DNA from: Candidatus Methanomethylicus sp.
Lineage (GTDB): Archaea; Thermoproteota; Methanomethylicia; Methanomethylicales; Methanomethylicaceae
Assembly: GCA_028683025.1 (NCBI GenBank)
Contig: JAJRAB010000074.1
Location: 1-28,690 of the forward strand
Length of the DNA stretch: 28,690 nucleotides
Reading direction: 5' to 3'
A model generated the notes under the pieces. The model did not search any database. It saw nothing but the letters and a program-made list of their open reading frames with translations, and was not told the origin of the DNA. The number at the start of each line of letters is the position of its first letter. The stretch's first letter is position 1. Shown in pieces: positions 8,628 to 17,084 of the stretch. The position numbers were made by a program, and so were the translations under genes.

Positions 8628-8688
8628 ACCTATCATTGGCTGCCAGGTATGCCCTAACTCATTTGGGAATTTAATTGCGGATCATCTC

Positions 8689-9291
8689 TCAGAGCCGATT
8701 GGCCCTGACCATATTGGCCAGCAGGCGGATGAGCCTTGCAACGACCGGCGTGGCTAAAAATAGGGATATAAGGGATGTTGTTGCAAATGGCAGCAAATTG
8801 TAGAGCAGGGTCGGGAGTTGGTTCTGGCCTGCTATGTAGACCAGCCCTGTGTAATAGGCGATGACCAGAAGTGCAAAGCCTATCATCGTGAAGGCCAATA
8901 GTTTTCCGAGGGTTCTGCCAGAGGCAAGGTCTTTGTAGCGCGGGAGTCCAGCAAGAAAACCAAGCAACCCATAGCCTAGATTGATGATCCCGAGCGCAAT
9001 GATCTGGTGACCAAACAACATATCTGCACCTGCGCTGCCCAGAAATCCTCCCAGGAATCCAGCCGTAGGTCCAAAAAAGGCGCTTATGAGGGGGATTACT
9101 AGGATAGCGGGCACGAACTGGACAGTGATCATACCCATAAGCTTGTAACCCGGCAGGTTGATGGGTGATAGGGCTATGTAGAGGGCTACTCCCATCAGGG
9201 CGCCCAGCAGGCTCCAGAGCGCATCTCGCCTGGTTTGGAGTCTGAGTCGGCTGAGGATTTTCCCTTTCAAACCTTTTAAGGCAACGGCCAT
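8689..9291 (-). CDS. ECF transporter S-component
   Basis: About 6 TM helices, about 200 aa, motif ISAFFGPTAGFLGGFLGSAGADML. GGAGAGGAG RBS precedes ATG 9291 (alternative start 9306). Confidence 0.75.
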   Translation of the reverse strand: MAVALKGLKGKILSRLRLQTRRDALWSLLGALMGVALYIALSPINLPGYKLMGMITVQFVPAILVIPLISAFFGPTAGFLGGFLGSAGADMLFGHQIIALGIINLGYGLLGFLAGLPRYKDLASGRTLGKLLAFTMIGFALLVIAYYTGLVYIAGQNQLPTLLYNLLPFATTSLISLFLATPVVARLIRLLANMVRANRL

Positions 9292-9319
9292 AGTTCTCCT
9301 CTCCATTTTTTTAATTCAT

Positions 9320-10990
9320 TCAAATAATAACGAAGGAATAGGTACCCGGTTCCAGGTTGAGCAACAGCTGGTTGCTGTCAAGTGTCCAGTCGATGTAGGT
9401 ACCCTTGGACGTGTAAACTCCTTGGATGCCCGCTGCGTTGTCAATGGTCAGAACCTGCGAGTGCTCGGTCTCTACGGTCAGGATGAAGGCTTCCCGATCC
9501 TCATCATAGCAGGCTTGGTAGACGTAGAGACCGTCCATCCTGGACTGGTTCGAGATGTAGGGCTTCGCGAAGAAAGCATCCCCTCTGGGGGTCATAAGGT
9601 CCGAGAGGGTAGAGTTGGCATGGCCCCATGCCCAAGCGAAGTTGATCACGGGATAGGTGAATGCGCTGAGGCTGCCGAGGGCGCTCGTATCAAATTCGTA
9701 CCTGTCGCCAATCCACTTCCCTTCGAAGGGCTTGTAGAACCAGTTCTCCAGCTTTGCGTTCAGCTCCGAGTCGCCCATCTCCCGGGAGCAGAAATAGGCA
9801 AAGAGGTTGGCCACGTACTCTGAGGCCCCAAAGTCATGGGGGAAGTAATAGGATTCGACCACGTAGGCCGTATTGTCGGCACTGTAATGGACGAACGCTG
9901 ACTTCCAATTCCCATAAAGGCTATCGGCCAGCGGCTCCATCCCCATGGCATTGTAGAACATGGTGATCCAGGCTGAACCGTAGGCAGAGACCTTCGGGGC
10001 GTCAAGCCCCTTCGTCATGGCCGGTCCCGGGTAGATCTGGAAGCCACCCCCCTGGGTTCTGTGCCTCTCCAGGGGCTGCATCACATAGTAGCCGTCTATC
10101 GGAATCCCGCGGGGATCCATCATGTGCTCCTGCCACCAGGCTATGCCGGGCAGGCTTGCCTCCTGGTAGGAGGTCCCGTGGAGGTTGTCATAGAGGCGCA
10201 TCGTATAGAATGGGATGGCGTTACACTGGACAAATACAATATAGGGCTCGCAGGGGATCAGACCAGTTCCCCATCGCCCCAAGTCTCCCGAGGGGTTACC
10301 GTCCCAGGCAGTGCTGGAGGTCAGGGACGAGTTCCACTGGTCCAGGTAACCTGTAATCTCACTGCTGTAGGTATTATCCCGGTAGATGCTCTCGTAGAAT
10401 AGTTCCATGAGCGTAAAGTGGCCTGTCCACATAATGTTGGTTGGTCCCCGGAAATCGTTGCCAGTGCCGGCATAGCTGGAGTTGGTGAAGCCGGGCTTGA
10501 CCCACTCGAGCTGCTCCATGGCTGAACTGTTCATCATGGCAATCAGCTTGTGGAAAATGTCCTTGTAGTAGTCCGTCCTGAAGCTGGGGGTGGAGTCAGC
10601 TATCATGGCTATGCCGTAGGTTGTGAATGGGAGGAAATAGTGGGTGTAGATGGGCGGCAGCACGCTCAGGTCGTTGACGCTCGCATAGGAGAGGTTGGTC
10701 ACATCATAATAGTCCCTGAAGAGGTTCACCAGCCCTATAACTCGGCGGTCAAGCGAAGGGTAGTCGTTGAGGTCGAAGCTACCCTTGCCTGCAACAGTAA
10801 TGGTGGGGAGCTCAAGGCTGGGATGCTGGGACGGCGTAAGTATGAAGGTTGAGTTGGCAACCAATATGGTCATAATCAGGAAGCATGAAAACAGCTTGTT
10901 CCTAGAGATCCAGCCTGAAAAACGATTTGCCACCTTCCCCCCTCCCATCGCTGGATCATTCTCGCACTCTTGGTCCTTATTAGGGTGCAC
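9320..10990 (-). CDS. Linalool dehydratase/isomerase (Ldi/LinD) family protein, secreted or membrane-anchored
   Basis: Collinear motifs recalled from LinD: YFLPFTTYGIA, NIMWTGH, GLIPCEPYIVFVQCNA, YDNLHGTSY, VSAYGSAW, REMGDSEL. N-terminal basic-hydrophobic anchor and 7 N-glycosylation sequons. Confidence 0.85.
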   Translation of the reverse strand: MHPNKDQECENDPAMGGGKVANRFSGWISRNKLFSCFLIMTILVANSTFILTPSQHPSLELPTITVAGKGSFDLNDYPSLDRRVIGLVNLFRDYYDVTNLSYASVNDLSVLPPIYTHYFLPFTTYGIAMIADSTPSFRTDYYKDIFHKLIAMMNSSAMEQLEWVKPGFTNSSYAGTGNDFRGPTNIMWTGHFTLMELFYESIYRDNTYSSEITGYLDQWNSSLTSSTAWDGNPSGDLGRWGTGLIPCEPYIVFVQCNAIPFYTMRLYDNLHGTSYQEASLPGIAWWQEHMMDPRGIPIDGYYVMQPLERHRTQGGGFQIYPGPAMTKGLDAPKVSAYGSAWITMFYNAMGMEPLADSLYGNWKSAFVHYSADNTAYVVESYYFPHDFGASEYVANLFAYFCSREMGDSELNAKLENWFYKPFEGKWIGDRYEFDTSALGSLSAFTYPVINFAWAWGHANSTLSDLMTPRGDAFFAKPYISNQSRMDGLYVYQACYDEDREAFILTVETEHSQVLTIDNAAGIQGVYTSKGTYIDWTLDSNQLLLNLEPGTYSFVII

Positions 10991-11072
10991 ATAATCCCTG
11001 CCTGGAGCGGTCAGGTCGGGGGGCTCTGGCTATGCCAATTAAGGTTATATTCTATGCGGGCATGGTCTATGC

Positions 11073-11735
11073 ATGGACAATAACAAAGCCACAGGGGCAT
11101 TCCTCTTTGCAGGGGTTTCCCAGTTTTTGGTGATGCTAACCATTGCTGAAACCCAGTTCCCAGGCTACAGCGTAGCATTAAATTACATTAGCGATCTGGG
11201 CCTCTGGAGCTACCCCTCGGCCATCATATTCAACACTTCTGTAGCCCTGAATGGGGTGTTTGTCCTGGCAGCAGGTTATCTGGTGATCGCAAAGTTCGGC
11301 TGGCGCATCCAAGGCCTGCTCCTGGCTTTATCGGGGATGGGAGCCGTTGGGGTCGGCTTCTTCAATGAGCTGGTGCTAGTCCCCCACGCCATATTTGCTA
11401 TGATGGCTTTCGTTGGCAGTGCAGCTGCCGCGATTGCCTTCAGCAGGAGGCTCAGGGGATTCATGGGTCTGGCGGGGATCGCACTGGGCAGAGCTTCGCT
11501 ACTTGCCCTTTTCGCGATGTTGGCAGGCTTTGACTTCGGCCTGGGTCCAGGCGGGATTGAGAGGATGGTAATGTACCCATCATTGATCTTTAGCTTCGGT
11601 CTTGGTGGATACTTCCTGGCAGGTCAAGAAAATAGAGGGCTGAAAGATCTAGGGCAGGGGCTTAAAAATCAGAAAACATCGCATGGAGCTTTACACATTC
11701 TCAGGTCTTGGCCTTCGTTTTCTCTGAAGCCCTGA
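11073..11735 (+). CDS. DUF998 family membrane protein
   Basis: AETQFPGYSVALNYISDLG, GAVGVGFF, HAIFA, GPGGIERMVMYP. Confidence 0.82.
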   Translation: MDNNKATGAFLFAGVSQFLVMLTIAETQFPGYSVALNYISDLGLWSYPSAIIFNTSVALNGVFVLAAGYLVIAKFGWRIQGLLLALSGMGAVGVGFFNELVLVPHAIFAMMAFVGSAAAAIAFSRRLRGFMGLAGIALGRASLLALFAMLAGFDFGLGPGGIERMVMYPSLIFSFGLGGYFLAGQENRGLKDLGQGLKNQKTSHGALHILRSWPSFSLKP

Positions 11736-12042
11736 CCATCTGCTGGCACCGGGGGCATCTCAGGTAGGTCCAGCCGCCATTTGCAGTCCCATGGGGGCTG
11801 ATCAGATCAGCCACGGGTGATATCTCAAAGTCATTGCCGCAGTTGGGGCAGTGGTATAAAGTGTTCTTGGCATGCCATCTCACCAGCAGGAGCAGCATCC
11901 CAAACACGAGGGCAATCCAAAGGAGAAAGCCGATGGGCCAAGCCATAGATCCCAAAGGGAAGGCCGTCAGGGCAATGACAGCCACAAATGGGACTAGTAT
12001 GCGGGCGGATTTTTTCAACTCTGCAGTTCCATCTTCAGGCAT
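11701..12042 (-). CDS. Two-TM protein with C-terminal zinc ribbon
   Basis: Two hydrophobic helices followed by YHCPNCGNDF and YLRCPRCQ. Confidence 0.75.
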   Translation of the reverse strand: MPEDGTAELKKSARILVPFVAVIALTAFPLGSMAWPIGFLLWIALVFGMLLLLVRWHAKNTLYHCPNCGNDFEISPVADLISPHGTANGGWTYLRCPRCQQMVRASEKTKAKT

Positions 12043-12109
12043 GGTATAGGCTTACGAAACATGGAATATTTATCTGATCACTTGCCTGCCAGAGCCGTTT
12101 TTTACAGGT

Positions 12110-13075
12110 TCACCTCAGGAAGTCGATCAGCTGCTGGCGTGCGTCGATGTCCCTGTTCAGGGTAGAGAGCTTCGACTCTATGGGATTTGCCTGCTCCAAG
12201 AATGTCTTCTTATCCATGGCCTTGTTGAAGAAGCTTGCCCTGAGAGAGTCCAGCTGTGCTGCGATCGATTGCCTATCCATCTTGATGGCCTCCATCTCCT
12301 TTGCCACCTTTGCACTCTCCTCGGCCAGGGTTTTGCCGATCTCCACTATCTTTGCTTCCATTGTCTGCTTCTTGGACTCATAGGTTCCCTGGTCGATCTC
12401 CGCCCGGGCTAAATATCCGTCCAATTCCTTGAGCTCCTCTTTAACATTGGCCCGGTCCAGGACCAGGAGGGCGCTCTTGTCCGTGAACATCATGGGAGTC
12501 CGCTCCCAGGCTATGGCCAGTGAGATTTCGCTGATCGATGTTATGCGCTTGAAGAAGCCTCCAGTCTTTTCCGCGATTGCCTTAAGGATTGGCTCTTCGG
12601 GTTTTACACCTAGCCCAAGCACATCAATCCTCACGCCTTTCAGCAACGCATCTGAGGTCTCCAGCAGTGGATCTTCCCCAACGCTCTCGGAGCCGTCAGT
12701 GATGAGCACGATGCCCTTGCTTGGCACTTCGCTCAAAGCTAGGATACGCACAGCCTCCTTGATTGCAGCTCCCAGGGGCGCACCGCCCTCACCCGTCACC
12801 TTTCCCAGGGCATCTGAGGGCAACCTCTTCTGGGTAATCATCGCAGAGACATCCTCCAACGGCATTATCAAGTTGAGGTTTGCCAGGTTCACCTTCTTCT
12901 GGTTGAGGCACAAGATGCCAACTCTATCTCCAGGCTTGAAAGCCCTCGGGTTACCCAGCAGGTCCAGGAGGTACTTCTTCACCAAGTTTAGGTTAGATCC
13001 GACGGAGTCAGCAACCCCTTTGCTCTTATTCATGCTGCCCGAGCAGTCTATGAGATAAAGCAGGCTGTAGGTCAT
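12110..13075 (-). CDS. von Willebrand factor A domain protein with C-terminal coiled coil
   Basis: YLIDCSGSM (DxSxS), IVLITDG, IDVLGLG, LKAIAEKTGGFF; C-terminal ~120 aa is heptad-like. Confidence 0.85.
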   Translation of the reverse strand: MTYSLLYLIDCSGSMNKSKGVADSVGSNLNLVKKYLLDLLGNPRAFKPGDRVGILCLNQKKVNLANLNLIMPLEDVSAMITQKRLPSDALGKVTGEGGAPLGAAIKEAVRILALSEVPSKGIVLITDGSESVGEDPLLETSDALLKGVRIDVLGLGVKPEEPILKAIAEKTGGFFKRITSISEISLAIAWERTPMMFTDKSALLVLDRANVKEELKELDGYLARAEIDQGTYESKKQTMEAKIVEIGKTLAEESAKVAKEMEAIKMDRQSIAAQLDSLRASFFNKAMDKKTFLEQANPIESKLSTLNRDIDARQQLIDFLR

Positions 13076-13179
13076 TTCTCATTCCCACCAATACAAAATA
13101 TGGGGATTTGCTTAATTAAATAATCGAATCCATACCCCAGGTTTGGACCAAAAAAGGGCGGAAATCGGTCAGAGGAAAC

Positions 13180-14055
13180 TTATTTTGTCGTAACGTACAT
13201 GCCTATTATGACGAGTAGGGCTCCGATACCAAACATCAGGTCTATGGTTTCGCCGAGAACCACGGCCGAAGCTATTATGCCGATCAGGGGAGTGAAGAAG
13301 AGCGCGATGCCAGCCTCGTAGGCTGATACCCCTTTCAAGCCAACAAACCAGAGCAGGTAACCGACTCCGGACGCCCCCAGCCCAATGAAGAGCAGGATTG
13401 CCCATCCGTTGAAGGTTGACGGTAACGTCACACTTTCAAAGCCAAATGCCAATGGCAGAAGAAGAGCGGTCCCCAGCAGCGACGAGTATGCAGTCATGTC
13501 ATAGGGGCTTATCTTTTCCAGGACCTTCTTTCCGTAAACCGAAAAGACCGCCCAGCTGAATGCTCCCCCGATAGCCAGAAGATCGCCGAAAATGGCTCCA
13601 GAGTTGAAGGTAAAGCCTCCGCCGCTGCCCCTCAGGACAATGGTGGAAACGCCTGCAAAGGCAATGACAATGCCGGCTATCTTCCTGGCAGTAAGCTTTT
13701 CCTTTAGGTAGAGCGATGCCAGAATGGCAATGTAGATGGGGTCGCTGTTTAGCAGTACGCTGGACTCCGAGGCGGTAGCGTAGGTAAGGCCAAAGTTCTG
13801 GAGCAGCTGGTAACCGACTGTACCGAATGCGCCCAGAAGCAGAAGGGCTTTCCAATTCTTCAGCAAGGTCCTAAGGTCAGGGTTAAGGTAATAGGCCACA
13901 GCCACAAGAAGCGGAAGTGAAATGAGGGACCGGAGGAACGCCATAGTTATGGGCGGCATTTCGGCAAAAGCGATCTTAATGAAGGGGTAGTTGGCTCCCC
14001 AAAGGGTGATGCAAATTGCCAGCGCTATGGCGCTTTGGTATCGCATGAACATCAT
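13180..14055 (-). CDS. DMT/EamA family transporter
   Basis: LWGANYPFIK, FLRSL, TYATASESSVLLNSDPI, GDLLAIGGAFSWAVFSVYGK; 10 TM helices. Confidence 0.93.
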   Translation of the reverse strand: MMFMRYQSAIALAICITLWGANYPFIKIAFAEMPPITMAFLRSLISLPLLVAVAYYLNPDLRTLLKNWKALLLLGAFGTVGYQLLQNFGLTYATASESSVLLNSDPIYIAILASLYLKEKLTARKIAGIVIAFAGVSTIVLRGSGGGFTFNSGAIFGDLLAIGGAFSWAVFSVYGKKVLEKISPYDMTAYSSLLGTALLLPLAFGFESVTLPSTFNGWAILLFIGLGASGVGYLLWFVGLKGVSAYEAGIALFFTPLIGIIASAVVLGETIDLMFGIGALLVIIGMYVTTK

Positions 14056-14162
14056 CTACACATGGTTTAGCTAATAAGCTTTGAAGCAGTTCCTGCCGGG
14101 GTGTAACCAGCCTTATGGGACTGCCAAAATCCATTTAGGTGTTTATTTGACATACGTTGTTT

Positions 14163-15074
14163 ATGAAATTCCTAGTGACTGGTGGTACCGGATTCATAGG
14201 CTCGAACATTGCTCGACGGTTAATCCAGGAGGGAAACGAGGTGCTGGTCCTGGACGACATGAGCCTTGGCAATGAAGCCAACCTGCCGGGCTTGGTGCCT
14301 GTCAAAGGCGATGTACGCGATTCAGTGCTTGTGGACAGGCTTACCAAGGGAATAGATGGCGTCTTTCATGATGCTGCCCGAAGCTCCTCCCCTATGTTTA
14401 GCCCAGACCCAAGGGAGGGCATAGATGTCAATCTTAGGGGCTTCTTGAACGTAATAGACTCCGCCAGGAGGAACGACTTTCCTGTCGTTTATGCCTCAAC
14501 CAGCAGCCTCTACAGCAAACTAGAGCCCCCCCACCGAGAGGACATGGACGTCGAGCCTGGTTCCTTCTACGAGTACTCCTTCCATGCCAGGGAGCGGGCG
14601 GCATCGCTCTGTGCCGAACTCTACGGTCTCCGAGCGGTCGGGCTCCGATACTTCAGTGTTTACGGTCCTCATGAGGAATATAAGAGGAGCTATGCCAACA
14701 ACATATCCCAATTTGCCTGGGAGATGATGGCAGGCAAGGCTCCAGTGATCTTTGGTGACGGCAGCCAAACCAGGGATTTCACATTTGTAGATGATGTAGT
14801 TGAGGCTAATGTGCTGGCCATTAAGTCAGGTTTTAGAGGGGAAGTCTTCAATGTGGGCACAGGGGTTGAGACCTCTTTCACGCAGATCGTCGACCTGCTG
14901 AACGAGTCGCTTGGGACCTCGCTGAAAGCCAAGTATGTGCCGAATCCAATCAAGAACTATGTCTATAGAACCAGGGCAGACACGTCGAAAGCAAAATCTG
15001 GTCTTGGGTTCTCAGCCAGGATAAGCCTGAAAGAAGGAATCGCAAGGGTTGTGGACTACTATAAAAACCGTTAG
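14163..15074 (+). CDS. NAD-dependent epimerase/dehydratase (extended SDR)
   Basis: LVTGGTGFIGS, YASTSSLY, LRYFSVYGP, IFGDGSQTRDFTFVDDVVEAN. The YxxxK position reads YEYSF. Confidence 0.9.
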   Translation: MKFLVTGGTGFIGSNIARRLIQEGNEVLVLDDMSLGNEANLPGLVPVKGDVRDSVLVDRLTKGIDGVFHDAARSSSPMFSPDPREGIDVNLRGFLNVIDSARRNDFPVVYASTSSLYSKLEPPHREDMDVEPGSFYEYSFHARERAASLCAELYGLRAVGLRYFSVYGPHEEYKRSYANNISQFAWEMMAGKAPVIFGDGSQTRDFTFVDDVVEANVLAIKSGFRGEVFNVGTGVETSFTQIVDLLNESLGTSLKAKYVPNPIKNYVYRTRADTSKAKSGLGFSARISLKEGIARVVDYYKNR

Positions 15075-15161
15075 CCTTTATGGCCCCCCAGAGAATGTAG
15101 AATCAATTTAGCTGATCGTTTGGGCACAGCTCCCCTTCGCTTCTGCCAGGGCTGATAGCTT

Positions 15162-16052
15162 TCAGCTCCCTGCTTTAGGGGCTATCTCAAGCGTTACTCT
15201 ACCGATATCAGAATCGTTTTTCATGATTAGGGATTTCAGCTCTTCGGTTATCTTGTAGGCGTCACCGACAGATCGCTCTCCATCCAGCTCTACTACTGCC
15301 TCCAGTAGAAAATCACGGCCGAATTTCCTGAATTTTATGTCGCGAATTCCCTTGATGCCTTTTAATGTGCTTGCAAGCGACTTCACTGCTTCATGGCGGT
15401 CTGTGCAGATGCAGCCATCCATCAAGACAATGGAGGATTCCCTTATGGAGATATAGCCAACTATTATGATGAGAAGGGAAATGACCATTCCGGCAATGGC
15501 GTCGAAGTGAAGGTAGCCCAGAGAGGACATGCCCAACCCGACCAGGACGACCAGCGATGCTGCGCCATCCTTCATCGAGTTCAGCGCATCCACCCTCAGG
15601 GCCTGGGAACCAGATCTCTTGGCCAACCGCGACTTGTAGAGCGCGATTATTGTCGATATGACAAACGATACCAGGGCAACCGCAGCCGCATAGTCAGTGA
15701 ATTGGAGCAGCTCGGGGGTCATCAAGGTGAGGTAGGATTCATAGAGGACAATGCCTCCAACAGTTACCATCACCATGGCAGCCAGCAGGCCAAAGAGGTT
15801 CTCAGCCCTGCCATAGCCATGCCTGAACCAGCCGTCTGGAGCCTTCTTGGAGAGGCGTATGCCCGAGATCACCAGAATTGACACGAGGGAGTCGGCAAAG
15901 GAGTGGGCGCCATCGGCCATGAGACCGATGCTGTTGGCAAAGAAGCCCATCGTAAGTTCAGCTATGCCTATGCCTATGAATGCAATAATTGAGATAAGCA
16001 GGACCTTCTCCTCTATGCGTATCGGCGAGTTTCGGGCGACGTACAATTTCAA
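15162..16052 (-). CDS. Cation diffusion facilitator (FieF-like) transporter
   Basis: SIGLMADGAHSFAD, FRHGYGRAE, DALNSMKD, DAIAGMVIS, C-terminal dimerisation domain. Confidence 0.92.
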   Translation of the reverse strand: MKLYVARNSPIRIEEKVLLISIIAFIGIGIAELTMGFFANSIGLMADGAHSFADSLVSILVISGIRLSKKAPDGWFRHGYGRAENLFGLLAAMVMVTVGGIVLYESYLTLMTPELLQFTDYAAAVALVSFVISTIIALYKSRLAKRSGSQALRVDALNSMKDGAASLVVLVGLGMSSLGYLHFDAIAGMVISLLIIIVGYISIRESSIVLMDGCICTDRHEAVKSLASTLKGIKGIRDIKFRKFGRDFLLEAVVELDGERSVGDAYKITEELKSLIMKNDSDIGRVTLEIAPKAGS

Positions 16053-16055
16053 GGA

Positions 16056-16949
16056 TCACCTATAAAATAGGACGCTCTTCAAGCCCTCTTCCAATGATAT
16101 ATTGGGAACGAAACCTAAAAACTTCTTCGCTTTTTCGATGTCTGCGTAACTGTACATTATGTCGGCCGGTCTGATTGGGGCATGGGTCGGCTTTAACGGT
16201 TTGCCAGAAAGGGAGATCATCAAGTTGGCGAGCCCTTCGACGGTGATCGGGTTTCCTGAAGCCACATTGAAGGTCTCCCCGCCTATGCCAGGCCTCTCGA
16301 TCGCCAAGGTTATGGCATTCAGAACGTCTTTTATGTGGATGAAGTCCCTGGACTGGAGCCCCGTCCCCTGGATAACTGGGGCTTTGCCCTCCCGCAGCCG
16401 CTCCAGGAACTTGGTTATGACCCCAGAGTAGTCATTGTTTGTTTGGTTCGGGCCATAAACGTTGAAGAGCCTCAGGACTACAGCCTCCAGCCCGTAGGAC
16501 CTGGTGAAGGCTGCGGAGAAGAATTCTGGCGCCAATTTGGAAGCCCCATAGGGTGACAGCGGCGAGGCTGGGCTGGTCTCCTTGAGGGGCAGCTCGGCAG
16601 GGTTGCCGTAGACCGCTGCTGAAGATGTGTATACGAACCTCTTGATGCTAGCATCCACGCAGGCTTTCATCACATTGAACGAGCCCGTTACATTTACCCT
16701 GTAATACTCGGCAGGCTTTTCCACTGATTCGGCTACGCTCGTCTTTGCTGCAAGGTGGATAACAGAATCGTATCCCTTGATTGAGGACAGGACATCATCA
16801 TAGCAACAGATATCCCCCTCTACAAAATCGACAGCCTTTTGCTTGGGCTTCTTAAGATCGAATACCCTCACCGAGTGTCCCTGCTCTAGGAGGTAGGGAG
16901 TTAGCCTGCTTCCTATGAATCCAGAGCCCCCGGTCACAAATACTTTCAA
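16056..16949 (-). CDS. UDP-glucose 4-epimerase-like NAD-dependent epimerase
   Basis: VTGGSGFIGS, HLAA, SSAAVYG, SPYGASK, LRLFNVYGP, RDFIHIKD. Confidence 0.92.
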   Translation of the reverse strand: MKVFVTGGSGFIGSRLTPYLLEQGHSVRVFDLKKPKQKAVDFVEGDICCYDDVLSSIKGYDSVIHLAAKTSVAESVEKPAEYYRVNVTGSFNVMKACVDASIKRFVYTSSAAVYGNPAELPLKETSPASPLSPYGASKLAPEFFSAAFTRSYGLEAVVLRLFNVYGPNQTNNDYSGVITKFLERLREGKAPVIQGTGLQSRDFIHIKDVLNAITLAIERPGIGGETFNVASGNPITVEGLANLMISLSGKPLKPTHAPIRPADIMYSYADIEKAKKFLGFVPNISLEEGLKSVLFYR

Positions 16950-17084
16950 AAAGGATGCACCAATCTCGCCTTTTGTTACAATATGGATGATCTCCCGTTT
17001 AATAGGGTTTGGTTTCTTACCCTTAATTCATCAAAAGGTCTCTTTTTACAAAGTAAAAAATTATGATTTTAGTTAGTAAAATGT

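Noticed and set aside
9422-10852. Several plus-strand ORFs of 66-133 aa opposite the LDI-like gene
   Set aside because: Shadows of a GC-rich coding strand with no recognisable motifs.
12429-13058. 209-aa plus-strand ORF; likewise 17704-18309, 20389-20964 and 24367-24876
   Set aside because: Ser-rich antisense translations of well-supported minus-strand genes.
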